Numbered from the stretch's first letter, positions 47,856 to 57,886 are shown. The stretch: 64,000 nt of DNA from an uncultured Kiritimatiellota bacterium (GCA_934643865.1 CAKUCX010000006.1:16936-80935), one strand, 5' to 3'. The notes: generated by a model not told the origin, from the sequence alone. Program-made: numbers and translations.

Positions 47856-49976
47856 ATGGAAAAGACAAGCAGGGTGCGCGCGGGACTGGCCGTCGGCGGC
47901 CTCGTCGCGTGGACGGCCTTCGCCGTGCCGTTCCAGACGGGGGACGTGTTCGGAACGCCCGTCCGGGTCGAGGGGGCGGGTGACCGCGCGATGGCGCTCG
48001 CGCTGGAGGGCCACGTCCTCTACGCGGGGTGCGGGCCGCAGCTCGTCGTCTTCGACGTGAAGGAGCCGCTCGCGCCGCGCCGCCTCGGCGCCGTCGGCGG
48101 CTTCGGCGAGATTCGTCAGATCGCGGCCGAGAAGGGGATGGCCTACGTCGCGACGCGCGAATCGGGGCTCTGGATCGTCGATGCGGCCGATCCCGCGCGC
48201 CCGCGCGTCCGCTCGCGCTTCGACTGCTGCGAGCTTGCGACGGGCGTGGACGTGGCGGGCGACGTCGTCTTCCTCGGGCAGCGCCAGAACGGCGTGGAGT
48301 TCATCGACGTGTCAGACCCCGACCGTCCCGCGCACATCGCGATGCGCAAGACGGACGAGAGCCAGAGCGTGAAGTACCGCGACGGCTACCTCTACTCCGG
48401 CGACTGGGGCTCGGGCCGCCTCACCGTCTTTGACGTCCGCGACCTGCGGAACATCCGGCAGGTCGCCTACGTGCCGCTCTGGGGCTACGGCGACGGCGTC
48501 TGGCTGAAGGGGCGGTATCTCTACGCCGCGACGGGGCACCACGCGAAGAACCGCGACTTCGCGACGCTCCCGTTCAAGCCCGTCGACACGCCCGAGATCC
48601 GGAAGTTCGGCAAGTTGGACGCCGGGTCCGGCTGCGGACACGGCCTCGACGTCTTCGACATCTCCGACCCGGCGTCGCCGAAGCGCGTCGGCCGCGCGGA
48701 CTTCCCGCCGTTCTACGCGCGCGGGCTCGACATGTGGACGCCGCGCACGAGCGCGAACGCCGACGTCGTCTACGTCGCCCAGACGCACAACGGCCTCTTC
48801 GCCGTCGACTGCGCCGACCCGGCGCGGCCGAAGATCCTGGACCGCTGGGTCTTCCCGCTCGCGGACCATCCCGAATGGCCGAGCTGCTGCATCGGCTCCG
48901 TCGCCGTCGGGAACGGCTGCGTCTACGTCGCGGGCCTGGGATGCGGCGTGCAGGCCCTCCCCGCGAAATGCGCGGCGCAGGAGGCGTTCCGCGCGGGCCC
49001 GCCGCCGCGCCACGCCGATTTCCGGGAACCGTATCCGACGGACGGGGCGGCGTTTCACGTGTGGCGTCCGGCGAAACCGGGCCAGGCGCGCGCCGTCGCG
49101 CTGCGGGGCGACGTCGTCTACGCGGCGTGCGGGGACGCGGGGCTCCATGTGCTGCGCATCCGCCCCGAGGGCGGTTTCGAGCGGCTTGGGGGGCTGCCGG
49201 AGCGCGTGCGCGTCTTTGACGTGCAGACCGAGGGAAGCCGCCTCTACACGGCGGAGGGCCTGGACGGCTGGGGTGTCTACGAGCTGGACGGGCCGACGGG
49301 ATTCCGCGAGGTGGCGCGGCGGACGCATCTGGACGCCGCCCGCGAACCCGCCCTCTGGGTCTACAAGCCGTGCCCCGGCTTCATCGCGCTCTCCACGCGC
49401 CGGAACGGGGTGAGCCTCTTTGCCGACACCGGCCTGCAGGCGGCGCGCCCCCTTGTGCGGGTCGGCGGCTGCCCGGGCTGGGACCGATATCTGATGGATG
49501 CGCCCGTCGGGAAGGGGCGGTGGCTTGCGTACAACGTGGCGAACACCGCCCTGCGCTGGATCGACCTGGCGTCCGCGCCGAAGGTGAAGGTCGTTTCCAC
49601 CGACAACAACCGCATCTCCCTTTACAACGGCATCTGCCGCTTCTCGGACGACCTTGCCTTCGCGACGAGCGGCACGGGCTACCTCTTCCTGAAGCCGGGG
49701 GAGTGCGATCCGGCGGACGGCTCCAAGTGGAAGGCGCAGCCCTTTCCCGGCATGGCGATGGCGGGCATTCCGCGCGTCTCGCCCAGAAAGCGCGTCGTCC
49801 TGACGGAACGCATCCGCCGCCGGATCGGTCTGTGGGACTTCGCGGACCCGGATCTGCCGAAGTTCCTCGGGTGTTGGACCGTTTCGGGGAATCCCGGCAT
49901 CGCCGCGTTCTACCGTGAGCGGATCGTCGTCCCCTGCGGCTACCAGGGCGTCCTGCTCCAGAAGGAGAGGCGCTGA
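47856..49976 (+). CDS. LVIVD-repeat beta-propeller protein, secreted
   Basis: Repeats include GLWIVDAADPARP, GVEFIDVSDPDRP, LDVFDISDPASP and LFAVDCADPARP. The N-terminus is signal-like. Confidence 0.65.
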   Translation: MEKTSRVRAGLAVGGLVAWTAFAVPFQTGDVFGTPVRVEGAGDRAMALALEGHVLYAGCGPQLVVFDVKEPLAPRRLGAVGGFGEIRQIAAEKGMAYVATRESGLWIVDAADPARPRVRSRFDCCELATGVDVAGDVVFLGQRQNGVEFIDVSDPDRPAHIAMRKTDESQSVKYRDGYLYSGDWGSGRLTVFDVRDLRNIRQVAYVPLWGYGDGVWLKGRYLYAATGHHAKNRDFATLPFKPVDTPEIRKFGKLDAGSGCGHGLDVFDISDPASPKRVGRADFPPFYARGLDMWTPRTSANADVVYVAQTHNGLFAVDCADPARPKILDRWVFPLADHPEWPSCCIGSVAVGNGCVYVAGLGCGVQALPAKCAAQEAFRAGPPPRHADFREPYPTDGAAFHVWRPAKPGQARAVALRGDVVYAACGDAGLHVLRIRPEGGFERLGGLPERVRVFDVQTEGSRLYTAEGLDGWGVYELDGPTGFREVARRTHLDAAREPALWVYKPCPGFIALSTRRNGVSLFADTGLQAARPLVRVGGCPGWDRYLMDAPVGKGRWLAYNVANTALRWIDLASAPKVKVVSTDNNRISLYNGICRFSDDLAFATSGTGYLFLKPGECDPADGSKWKAQPFPGMAMAGIPRVSPRKRVVLTERIRRRIGLWDFADPDLPKFLGCWTVSGNPGIAAFYRERIVVPCGYQGVLLQKERR

Positions 49977-50012
49977 GGGCATCGCGCCATGCGCGCGGGA
50001 AGGAGTCGTGCC

Positions 50013-51803
50013 ATGAGAACGGGAATGTGCCTGGGCGCGGGCGTCGCGTGCCTCGCCTGCATTGCGGCCGCCGCCGCGACGGTGCCGGACCAGGTCGATC
50101 CGCGCGTGCGCGCCTACGTGGCGCCGACGCGGGTCGTGTGGACCAGCTCGAACGCGGGGGCCTACGGGACGCGCTCGGCGGTCAAGAACGTGGAGGGCCT
50201 GTTGGCGGCGAAGCACGGGCAGGTGCCGGAGAAGGCCTGGCTCAGGCCGAGCGGCTGCACGCTCGTGAACAACGGCGACCCGGCGGGCGTGCTCCTCGAC
50301 TTCGGGCGCGAGCTCCACGGCGGCCTCCAGATCGGCAACAGCGAATTCACGCACGGCTCGCGGGTCCGCATCCGCTTCGGCGAGTCCGTTGGCGAGGCGA
50401 TGGCCGACGTCGGCGAGAAGGGGGCGACGAACGACCACGCCGTGCGCGACGCCGTCTACCAGCTGCCGCACCTCGGCATGCTGGAGATCGGCAACACGGG
50501 CTTCCGCTTCGTGCGCATCGACCTGCTGTCGCAGGGGAAGGCGACGCTTGAATTCGTGCGCGCGATCTCCCTCATGCGCCCGATGCCGCGCGTGGGGGCG
50601 TTCCGCTCGTCCGACGAACGCCTCAACCGCGTCTGGGAGACGGCCGTGCGCACGGTCCACCTCTGCTGCCAGGACTTCCTCTGGGACGGCATCAAGCGCG
50701 ACCGCCTCGTGTGGATGGGCGACACGCACCCCGAGACGCGCGCGATCCTCGCCGTCTTCGGCGCGGCGGACGTCCTGCGCGACTCGCTCGACTACGCCGC
50801 CGCCACGACGCCGCCCGAAACGGCGTGGATGAACGGCATGGCGAACTACACGCTCTGGTTCCTGCGCAACACGCACGACTGGTACTTCTACACGGGCGAC
50901 GCCGCCTACCTGAAGGCGCGGCGGGACTACCTCGTCAAGACGGTCGAGCACGTCCTCGCGGAGACGTTCGGCGAGAAGGCCGCCTTCCGCACGAAGGGCT
51001 TCCTCGACTGGCCCACGCAGCACAACAAGCCCGCCGTCGACGCGGGCACGCGCGGACTCGTGGCGGTCGCGCTCGACAACGCGGCGGCGCTCATGGACGT
51101 GGTGGGCGAGGCGGGCGTGGCGGCCCGCTGCCGCGCGGCGGCGGCGAAGGTGCGCACGGAGAAGCCCGATCCGCACGGCGCGAAGTCGGCCGCCGCCCTC
51201 CTCGCGCTCGGCGGCCTGCGCGACGCGAAGGAGATGTACCGCGACGTGCTGGGCCGGAACGGGCACGACGGCGTCTCGACGTTCTACGGCTACTACATGC
51301 TGGAGGCGATGAGCGCCGCCGGCGAGGGCCGGCGCGCGCTCGACACGGTGCGCGACTACTGGGGCGCGATGCTCGACATGGGCGCGACGAGCTTCTGGGA
51401 GGACTTCAACGTCGCCTGGACGAACAACGCGACGCGCCTCGATGCGCTGCCGGAGGCCGGGAAGAAGGACATCCACGGCGACTTCGGCGAGTTCTGCTAC
51501 CCCGGCTACCGCCACTCGCTCTGCCACGGCTGGAGCGCGGGGCCCGCCGCCTGGTGCATCAACCGCGTGCTGGGCCTGGAGGCGCTGGACGCCGGATGCC
51601 GCACGGTGCGCGTGAAGCCGTTCCTCGGCGACCTCGCCTGGGCGGAGGGTGCGCTCGCGACGCCGCACGGCCCCGTGCGCGTGCGCCACGAGCGGCGGGC
51701 GGACGGCACGGTCGCCACGCAGGTCGACGCGCCGGCGGGCGTGAGGATCGTCCGCGAGACGCCGCAGGCCCCGCGCGAAAACGCGGAGGGGAAATGGAAA
51801 TGA
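50013..51803 (+). CDS. Six-hairpin glycosidase, alpha-L-rhamnosidase (GH78)-like
   Basis: DGIKRDRLVWMGD and CHGWSAGPAAW motifs are present. GGAAGGAG lies upstream of ATG 50013. There is a signal peptide. Confidence 0.55.
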   Translation: MRTGMCLGAGVACLACIAAAAATVPDQVDPRVRAYVAPTRVVWTSSNAGAYGTRSAVKNVEGLLAAKHGQVPEKAWLRPSGCTLVNNGDPAGVLLDFGRELHGGLQIGNSEFTHGSRVRIRFGESVGEAMADVGEKGATNDHAVRDAVYQLPHLGMLEIGNTGFRFVRIDLLSQGKATLEFVRAISLMRPMPRVGAFRSSDERLNRVWETAVRTVHLCCQDFLWDGIKRDRLVWMGDTHPETRAILAVFGAADVLRDSLDYAAATTPPETAWMNGMANYTLWFLRNTHDWYFYTGDAAYLKARRDYLVKTVEHVLAETFGEKAAFRTKGFLDWPTQHNKPAVDAGTRGLVAVALDNAAALMDVVGEAGVAARCRAAAAKVRTEKPDPHGAKSAAALLALGGLRDAKEMYRDVLGRNGHDGVSTFYGYYMLEAMSAAGEGRRALDTVRDYWGAMLDMGATSFWEDFNVAWTNNATRLDALPEAGKKDIHGDFGEFCYPGYRHSLCHGWSAGPAAWCINRVLGLEALDAGCRTVRVKPFLGDLAWAEGALATPHGPVRVRHERRADGTVATQVDAPAGVRIVRETPQAPRENAEGKWK

Positions 51804-51823
51804 AGCGAGGAAGAGGGAACGTC

Positions 51824-53206
51824 ATGAAGAGGAGCCGTGTTCTTCTGCTTGTTCTCGCCGCCGCGCTGGGGACGGCCCTCGCGGCGGATCCGGAACGGAC
51901 GGACGTGAAGCTTTCCGGGAACCGCGTCCTGCGGCTCGCCAACACGCGCGCGCGCAACTACGAGCTTGCCGCGCAGCTTTCGCTGAACGGTGGCCAGACC
52001 TGGTCGAACGCCCTCGTGCTGGACGCCGAACGCAGCGGGCTGTCGGGCTTCTCGGCGCGCGAACGCGACGACGGGAGGATCGAAATCTCCTATTCGAAGG
52101 GGGCGGGCGCCGCGCGCGAGGCGTTCCGGGCGGTCGTTTCCGAGAATGACCTGCGCGTCGGGCGGCTGATGAGCGCGGACGCGAAGATCATGGAACGCAC
52201 CCGCCCGGATCCGGCCTGGACGTGGCACGACGGCTCGGCGCTGCCGCAGGAAGGGCGCGGCTTCCGCGACACGGCGACGCCGTACCGCCGCCTGCCCGAA
52301 CGGCTGAAGGCGAAGTGCCCGGCGGGGGTCTGGCATCTGGGCCGCCAGTCGAGCGGCATCCTCTACCGCTTTCGGACGGATGCGCGCCGGATGCGGATCC
52401 GCTGGGAAGTCAAGGACCGCCAGCTGAGCGGCCACAACATGACGGGGGCTGGGAAGAGCGGCATCGACGTCTACGGCTGGACGGAGGGGCGCGGCTGGAC
52501 GTTTGTGAGCGGCAGCCGCCCGAAGCTCTTCGTGAACGAGATCGACGTCGCGTGGACGCCGGGGCGGCCCTGCATGGTCTACCTGCCCCCGTACAACGAG
52601 GTCGTCGCGTTCCAGATCGCCGTTCCGAAGGGCGCGTCGCTTGAGCCTCTGCCGCCCCGGGCAAGCGGCGTCGCCAAGCCCGTCGTCTGCTACGGGACAT
52701 CCATTACGCAGGGGGCCTCCGCCTCGCGTCCGGGCCTGACGTGGACGGCGCAGGCGGCGCGGCGGGCCGACGTGCCGTTCGTGAACCTCGGCTTCGCCGG
52801 CAACGGCAAGATGGAGGCGACGATGGTCGACGTCGTCGCCGAGATCGACGCATCGCTCTACGTCCTCGACTGCCTTTGGAACATGGACGAGGACATGGTG
52901 CGCACGCGCTTCGAGCCGTTTCTGCGCGCGCTGCGCCGCCGCCGTCCGGACGTGCCGATCCTCTGCGCGGAGGACTGCTCGACCTTCCGCGACGCGACGG
53001 CAAAGGGTGCGATCGTGAAGCGCCTCGTCGCGCGGCTGCGGGCGGAGGACCCGGCGCGCTGGAAGGGCCTCCATTTCCTTCCCAACGTGCGGGAGATGCT
53101 CAGGGACGGCGAGGAGACCGTCGACGGCTGCCATCCGAACGACTGCGGCATGAAGCAGCTCGGCATCGCCTTCGGCGACATGTTCCGCGAGATCCTCCTC
53201 AAGTAG
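51824..53206 (+). CDS. SGNH hydrolase with GxDxY-type N-terminal domain (carbohydrate esterase-like), secreted
   Basis: SGIDVYGW (GxDLY-type N-domain), YGTSITQG (block I), GFAGNG (block II) and DGCHPND (block V) are present. Signal peptide MKRSRVLLLVLAAALG. Confidence 0.65.
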   Translation: MKRSRVLLLVLAAALGTALAADPERTDVKLSGNRVLRLANTRARNYELAAQLSLNGGQTWSNALVLDAERSGLSGFSARERDDGRIEISYSKGAGAAREAFRAVVSENDLRVGRLMSADAKIMERTRPDPAWTWHDGSALPQEGRGFRDTATPYRRLPERLKAKCPAGVWHLGRQSSGILYRFRTDARRMRIRWEVKDRQLSGHNMTGAGKSGIDVYGWTEGRGWTFVSGSRPKLFVNEIDVAWTPGRPCMVYLPPYNEVVAFQIAVPKGASLEPLPPRASGVAKPVVCYGTSITQGASASRPGLTWTAQAARRADVPFVNLGFAGNGKMEATMVDVVAEIDASLYVLDCLWNMDEDMVRTRFEPFLRALRRRRPDVPILCAEDCSTFRDATAKGAIVKRLVARLRAEDPARWKGLHFLPNVREMLRDGEETVDGCHPNDCGMKQLGIAFGDMFREILLK

Positions 53207-54137
53207 CCCGCCCCTCCGCGCCGTGGCCGACCGCGCCCTCGCCCGGCGTCATGTTCTCGCCGACGAGGTCCGAGGCGGCGTCGCGGCTCGCAAAGCCCTG
53301 GATCCAGCCATTTTCAAACCCGAAGTCCGCCGCCGCCTCGGTGACGGTCTCGTATTCGTCCTTTGTGACGACACGGTTGAAGGGGGGCGTCTCGCGCGCC
53401 TTGAACGCGGGTGCGTACTGGCTCATCACGGAGACGTGGACGCGGGGCGAACAGGCGGTGGCGAGCCAGGCGAGGTTCTCGACGGCCTCGTCGGCGTGTC
53501 CGGGCAAAACGAGGATGCGCACGATGACGCCGCGTGTCGCGGCGCCGGGCGCATCGGAATCTAGAGGCCCCAGCGTCTCCCAAAGGTGTTTCACGCTCGC
53601 GCGCGCGGCGGCGACGTAGCCGGGCGCCTCGGAGGCGGCGCGCGCCGTCGCGTCCGAGGCGTAGCGCAGATCGACGAGCGCGATGTCGCAGAGGTCGCGC
53701 CAGGCCGCAAGCGTCTCGGGGCGCTCGTAGCCGCTGGAGTTGTAGACGAACGGCAGGCGGACGCCCTCGGCGAGGAGCGGCGCGACGGCGGCGCGGATGG
53801 CGGGCAGGTACGGCGTCGGCGAGACGAGGTTCCAGTTCGCGCAGCGGCGCGTGACGGCGAGCGTGCGGAAGGTGTCGGTGAGTTCGGGGATCGAAAGGTC
53901 GCGCCCCGCCCCCTGCCAGCTCCAGGGCGCGTTCTGGCAGTAGAGGCACTTCATCGTGCAGCGCGAGAAGAAGACGGCCCCCGAACCCGTCTCACCGCAG
54001 ATGGGCGGTTCCTCGCCGAAGTGGGGGCCCCAGCGGAAGACGCGCGGCTCGGCACCCGCCTGGCAGAAACCAAGTGAACCGCGTGTGCGGTCCGCACGGC
54101 AGCGGCGGGGGCAAAGTTCACAGGGAGGGAGGATCAT
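53199..54137 (-). CDS. Radical SAM protein (PflX-like activase family)
   Basis: The CTMKCLYCQN CxxxCxxC cluster is preceded by a Cys-rich N-terminus (CELCPRRC). Confidence 0.7.
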   Translation of the reverse strand: MILPPCELCPRRCRADRTRGSLGFCQAGAEPRVFRWGPHFGEEPPICGETGSGAVFFSRCTMKCLYCQNAPWSWQGAGRDLSIPELTDTFRTLAVTRRCANWNLVSPTPYLPAIRAAVAPLLAEGVRLPFVYNSSGYERPETLAAWRDLCDIALVDLRYASDATARAASEAPGYVAAARASVKHLWETLGPLDSDAPGAATRGVIVRILVLPGHADEAVENLAWLATACSPRVHVSVMSQYAPAFKARETPPFNRVVTKDEYETVTEAAADFGFENGWIQGFASRDAASDLVGENMTPGEGAVGHGAEGRAT

Positions 54138-54148
54138 GGGATTTAAAT

Positions 54149-54405
54149 GGTTAAGTCGCCGCTGCGCGGCTTTGAGTGGTTAAGTGGTTAAGTAGTTAAG
54201 CTTAAGTAGTTTAGGTTTAAATAATAACGAAATAGGGTAATTTTTTGCCACAAAGAACGCAAAGACCGTAAAGGCGTTGCGTTTTTTGTGGCGCGCAATA
54301 TTTGATTGCCGAAGGAACGCCTACTCATCTCTTCAACTTAAGCACTTAATTACTTAAATACTTTAACTTAACCACTTAACCACTTAACTACTTAACCACT
54401 TAAGG
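54149..54405. repeat. AT-rich dyad module: GGTTAAGT octamer array (left), ACGCAAAG-type hairpin (54247-54292), ACTTAANN octamer array x9 (54336-54405, right)
   Basis: GGTTAAGT occurs at 54149, 54178 and 54186, then decaying units run to about 54225. ACTTAACC-type 8-bp tandem units run from 54336 to 54405. The central hairpin arms are GCCACAAAGAACGCAA / TTGCGTTTTTTGTGGC. Confidence 0.85.
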
Positions 54406-55281
54406 GTCTGTTTGTCCGTTCTGTTCACGGAGGTATTTCGCGCGCACGCGCAGGAACGCGAGGCCGACGAAGGGCACCGTGAGGATGTAGAGGAGCCCCA
54501 CGACGCCGAGCGTGGGCCAGAAGTGCGTGAAGAGGAACGCGACGAGCAGGATGAGCGCGGCCATGGTCGGCAGCAGGTAGGCGCGCGTGAGGTGGACGCC
54601 CTTGAGGGAAATCGTCGGCAGGCGCGAGGCCATGAGCGCGCCGACGAGGAAGAGCATGAACATCGCGAAGGCGGGATGCTGGAGGACGGCGGGGAGGTTG
54701 AGCGCGTCCGGGAGCGACAGGGCCAGCAGGGCGGGCGTGAGGACCATCCAGCAGCCGCCGGGCGCAGGCACGCCGAGGAAGAAGTGCTTCCAGTACGGAA
54801 CCGCGGGCTGTTCGAGCATCGTGTTGAAGCGCGCGAGGCGGAAGGCGTCGCAGAGCGCGTAGAAGAGCGCGAAGGCGAGAAGCGCCTGCTTCGTCTGCAG
54901 CGAGAGGGCGAGGTCGCCGCTCAGCACCCAGAAGTAGAGGAACATCGCCGGCGCGACGCCGAAGTTGACGAAGTCCGCGAGCGAATCGAGCTCGGCGCCG
55001 AGCTTCGAGCTGCACTTCAGGAGGCGCGCGACGCGCCCGTCCATCGCGTCGCAGATGCACGCGACGATGAGGGCGACGAGCGCGAGCTGCCAGTCGCGCG
55101 TCGCGACGGGCTGGCCGGCGAGCGTCTTCGCGTAGTTCGTCGCGCTGAGGGCGATCGCGGTGATGCCGCCGCAGGCGGCCATCGAGGTGATGAGGTTCGG
55201 TACGACCGCGCGCAGCGGGACGCTGTCCTTTCGGGCTTCGTGGTTCTTGCGGCGGCGACCGCGCAGTCTGAATTTGCTCAT
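54400..55281 (-). CDS. pssA: CDP-diacylglycerol--serine O-phosphatidyltransferase
   Basis: The CDP-alcohol phosphatidyltransferase motif DAMDGRVARLLKCSSKLGAELDSLAD is present in a multi-TM protein. Confidence 0.85.
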   Translation of the reverse strand: MSKFRLRGRRRKNHEARKDSVPLRAVVPNLITSMAACGGITAIALSATNYAKTLAGQPVATRDWQLALVALIVACICDAMDGRVARLLKCSSKLGAELDSLADFVNFGVAPAMFLYFWVLSGDLALSLQTKQALLAFALFYALCDAFRLARFNTMLEQPAVPYWKHFFLGVPAPGGCWMVLTPALLALSLPDALNLPAVLQHPAFAMFMLFLVGALMASRLPTISLKGVHLTRAYLLPTMAALILLVAFLFTHFWPTLGVVGLLYILTVPFVGLAFLRVRAKYLREQNGQTDP

Positions 55282-55293
55282 GAGTGAAGGGGA

Positions 55294-55342
55294 AGGTTTT
55301 AGGTTTCAGGTTTCAGGTTCTAGGTTTTAGGTTTTGGGTTTT
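55294..55342. repeat. 7-bp tandem repeat x7 (AGGTTTY)
   Basis: AGGTTTT AGGTTTC AGGTTTC AGGTTCT AGGTTTT AGGTTTT GGGTTTT fills the 69-bp gap between the GH stop and the pssA start. Confidence 0.9.
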
Positions 55343-55350
55343 AGCCAAAC

Positions 55351-57765
55351 CTACCGGGCGGATTTGAGGAGGCGGGGGTTGCGGATCCAGAAGGAACAGG
55401 TCGTGCCCTTGGGGTTGGCACCGAGGCGGATCGCCTTCACGGCGCCGGGCTTCGCGCTGGAAGGGCCGAAGGTGAGGTCGATGCGGCGCGTCTCCCAGCC
55501 CGTGAGCGGGGCGGGGTAGGAGATGAAGCGCGCGTGGCGCGCGGGGTCGGCGAAGACGAGCATGAGGTTCTGACAGGCGAAGTCGTTCTCGACCTTGTCC
55601 TGCGCGCTCTTGACCTCGAACTCGAACATGAGCGCGTCGTCGAAGGCCTCCTCGGGGAGGGTGAGCGTGTAGACGGGGTAGAACCAGCGGTCGGCGGGCT
55701 TCGTCCAGGCGAGGTCGAAGCGCAGGGCCCCTTCGGCTTCATCCCAGACGGCGGCGAAGCGGTCGGCGGAGGTGTTGCGCTGCCAGGCTTTGGGGTCGCG
55801 CCAGTTCCGCAGTACGGTCGTGCGGCAGGTCGCGAGGAACGCCTTCAGGTTGCGTACGGGCATCGCGAGGCGGCTCGTGCGCCGGCCCTCGAAGCGGCCC
55901 GTGAGGACGAGCGGCTCGACGAGCGGCGCGCCCGCGCGCGGGGCGTAGGTGCAGGCGAAGGCGGCCGCGCCCATCGGCGGCAGGGCGATCTCGGCGGGGA
56001 GGCCGGAAAGCGAACCGCCCGCGACGGAGACCGTGCCGCGCTTGGCGACGGGGGAGAGGTTCCAGACCTGGACGCGCAGGCGGCCCGTGTCGGCGCGCAG
56101 TTCGGCGACGGACTTGTGGCTTGCGATGCTAAAGTCGTTCGTGTTGAGGTCGACGCGGAAGACGACGGAGAGGTCTTCGTCCGCCGTCGGGACGGAGGGC
56201 GTGGGCGTGCCGCACGGGAAAGGCGCAATGTCCGCCTTCAGGCCCCGGAGGCCCGAAAGGTAGGCGGTGTAGCGGGTCGCGGTGACGACGTTCGTGGAGA
56301 GGGTGGTGCGCTGTCCGCAGAGGTCGGTGAGCGTGTAGGCGCCGGACGGGGGAATGGGCAGGGTGAGCGTCGCGGCGCCGTCGGGCGTCGCGGCGGCCGT
56401 CTCCGTGGCGGTGTCGACGGGCGACACGCGCCAGAAGGCGAGCGTCTGCGAGCCGTCCGGCTGCGCGAAGAGGTAGCCCTTGAACGCCTCGCCGAGCCGG
56501 ACCTCGCCTTCGAGACGGGCGGCGGCGAGTTCGCGCGTGATCGCGCTCATCGCGGCGTAGGTGGGCTTGACGGTGCCGTCGCGGCGCATCACGCCCCAGT
56601 CCTTTGCGCCGTTGCGTTCGTTGTAGGCGCCGAAGACGAAGAAGTAGTTGCGCGAGACGCCCTGCATCTGGAAGGCGATCTGGCTCTTGGCGTAGAACTC
56701 GGCGTGGATCAGCTCCTGGGCGGGCGAGTGGGCCTTCTGTCCCTTGACCGCGCCGTCTTCGTCCGAATGGCCTTCGAGGTTCGTGCCGCTCTCGGTCATC
56801 CACACGGCGCGGCCCGCGATGCCGGCCTTCTCCATGAAGGCGCGCAGCTCGCGGAAGATGGCGGGGTAGCGGCTGAGCGGGGCGTAGGTATGGAAGTTGA
56901 AGACGTCGGAATACTTCGCCGCGTCGTTCGCGTAGAGGCCCGCGTCGTAGGCGGTGCGCGTCGCGTGGCAGACGGCGCCGGGGAGGACGGGCATCGCGGG
57001 CCGCGCGGCCTTGAAGCCGAGGTAGGCGGCCTTGAGGGCGGCCACGTAGTCCCAGACGGGCTCGGGGGCGAAGGCGATGTCCTGCTCGTTCCAGAACTCC
57101 CAGTCGCCCATGCGGTCGCCGAAGGCGGCGGCGGTGTCGCGGCAGAAGGCGTAGAGGGCGGCGAGGTTGCGGGGAAGCTTCTCGATGCGGTCCATGTAGT
57201 CCGGCACGTCGTGGAACATGCCCGAGACGCGCATGCCGCGCGCCTGGAGCATATCCGCGTTGTACATGTAATAGGAATAGTCGTAGACGCCTGGGCGCGG
57301 ATTCACTTCGGCGGCGCGCAGGCGTTCGCGCACGTGGGCGAGGCCGGTGCGCCAGAGGAGGTCGCTTACGAGGCGGTAGGTGTCGCCGCCGTACCAGGGG
57401 CATTCGAAGCTGCCGGGGTGCGAGACCCAGCTCTGCGCGGAGTCGACGCCGTAGAAGGAATCGTCGGTGCGCACGCGGCCCTCGGGCACCGGCACGACGG
57501 CGAAGGTGGCGTCCGCGCCCGCACCCTTCAGGTGGTAGTAGCCGACGGGACGCTTCCCGAGCGCGGCGCATCCGTCCGGCGCGAAGGTGCCGGAGGCCAG
57601 GGCACGCCCGCGCCAGTCCGTGAGCGTCCACGCCGCCCCGGCGGCGCCGCCCCGCGCGGTCGCCCGCTCCCGGTCCGTGTAGACGTGCCCCGGCGCGTCA
57701 AGGGTCAACTTCGCCTGCCCTGTCAGCAGGACGCCCGCCACCAGCGTAAGGAAGATTGTCTTCAT
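55351..57765 (-). CDS. Secreted glycoside hydrolase, clan GH-A-like TIM barrel with C-terminal beta-sandwich domains
   Basis: Signal peptide MKTIFLTLVAGVLLTG and an acid/base-like DWEFWNEQD. About 804 aa from ATG 57765. The upstream 180 codons of the track ORF are read-through. Confidence 0.5.
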   Translation of the reverse strand: MKTIFLTLVAGVLLTGQAKLTLDAPGHVYTDRERATARGGAAGAAWTLTDWRGRALASGTFAPDGCAALGKRPVGYYHLKGAGADATFAVVPVPEGRVRTDDSFYGVDSAQSWVSHPGSFECPWYGGDTYRLVSDLLWRTGLAHVRERLRAAEVNPRPGVYDYSYYMYNADMLQARGMRVSGMFHDVPDYMDRIEKLPRNLAALYAFCRDTAAAFGDRMGDWEFWNEQDIAFAPEPVWDYVAALKAAYLGFKAARPAMPVLPGAVCHATRTAYDAGLYANDAAKYSDVFNFHTYAPLSRYPAIFRELRAFMEKAGIAGRAVWMTESGTNLEGHSDEDGAVKGQKAHSPAQELIHAEFYAKSQIAFQMQGVSRNYFFVFGAYNERNGAKDWGVMRRDGTVKPTYAAMSAITRELAAARLEGEVRLGEAFKGYLFAQPDGSQTLAFWRVSPVDTATETAAATPDGAATLTLPIPPSGAYTLTDLCGQRTTLSTNVVTATRYTAYLSGLRGLKADIAPFPCGTPTPSVPTADEDLSVVFRVDLNTNDFSIASHKSVAELRADTGRLRVQVWNLSPVAKRGTVSVAGGSLSGLPAEIALPPMGAAAFACTYAPRAGAPLVEPLVLTGRFEGRRTSRLAMPVRNLKAFLATCRTTVLRNWRDPKAWQRNTSADRFAAVWDEAEGALRFDLAWTKPADRWFYPVYTLTLPEEAFDDALMFEFEVKSAQDKVENDFACQNLMLVFADPARHARFISYPAPLTGWETRRIDLTFGPSSAKPGAVKAIRLGANPKGTTCSFWIRNPRLLKSAR

Positions 57766-57772
57766 GGGCGGT

Positions 57773-57781
57773 AGTATAGCA
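57773..57781 (-). promoter_or_regulatory. TGCTATACT extended -10, 7 nt upstream of ATG 57765 (leaderless-type)
   Basis: The minus strand reads TGCTATACT-ACCGCCC-ATG. Confidence 0.45.
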
Positions 57782-57856
57782 AAAATCGGCGCACAGGGTC
57801 TGGACCTTGCCCATCTCGCCGCATCGGCGGCACGCGGACTTTTTCTATTTTCATAA

Positions 57857-57886
57857 TTGACAATCGCAATGGGGGGGGGGTACAAT
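57857..57886 (+). promoter_or_regulatory. Consensus sigma70 promoter TTGACA-N18-TACAAT with a G10 tract inside the spacer
   Basis: TTGACA is at 57857-57862, the spacer ATCGCAAT+G10 at 57863-57880 and TACAAT at 57881-57886. A T-rich stretch lies upstream. AGGAG is at 57934-57938 and the ATG at 57944. Confidence 0.6.

Noticed and set aside
54149-54405. Octamer arrays considered as a CRISPR-like or minisatellite array
   Set aside because: The unit is only 8 bp, arranged head-to-tail without spacers, so it is not CRISPR. It is reported as an unexplained repeat module instead.
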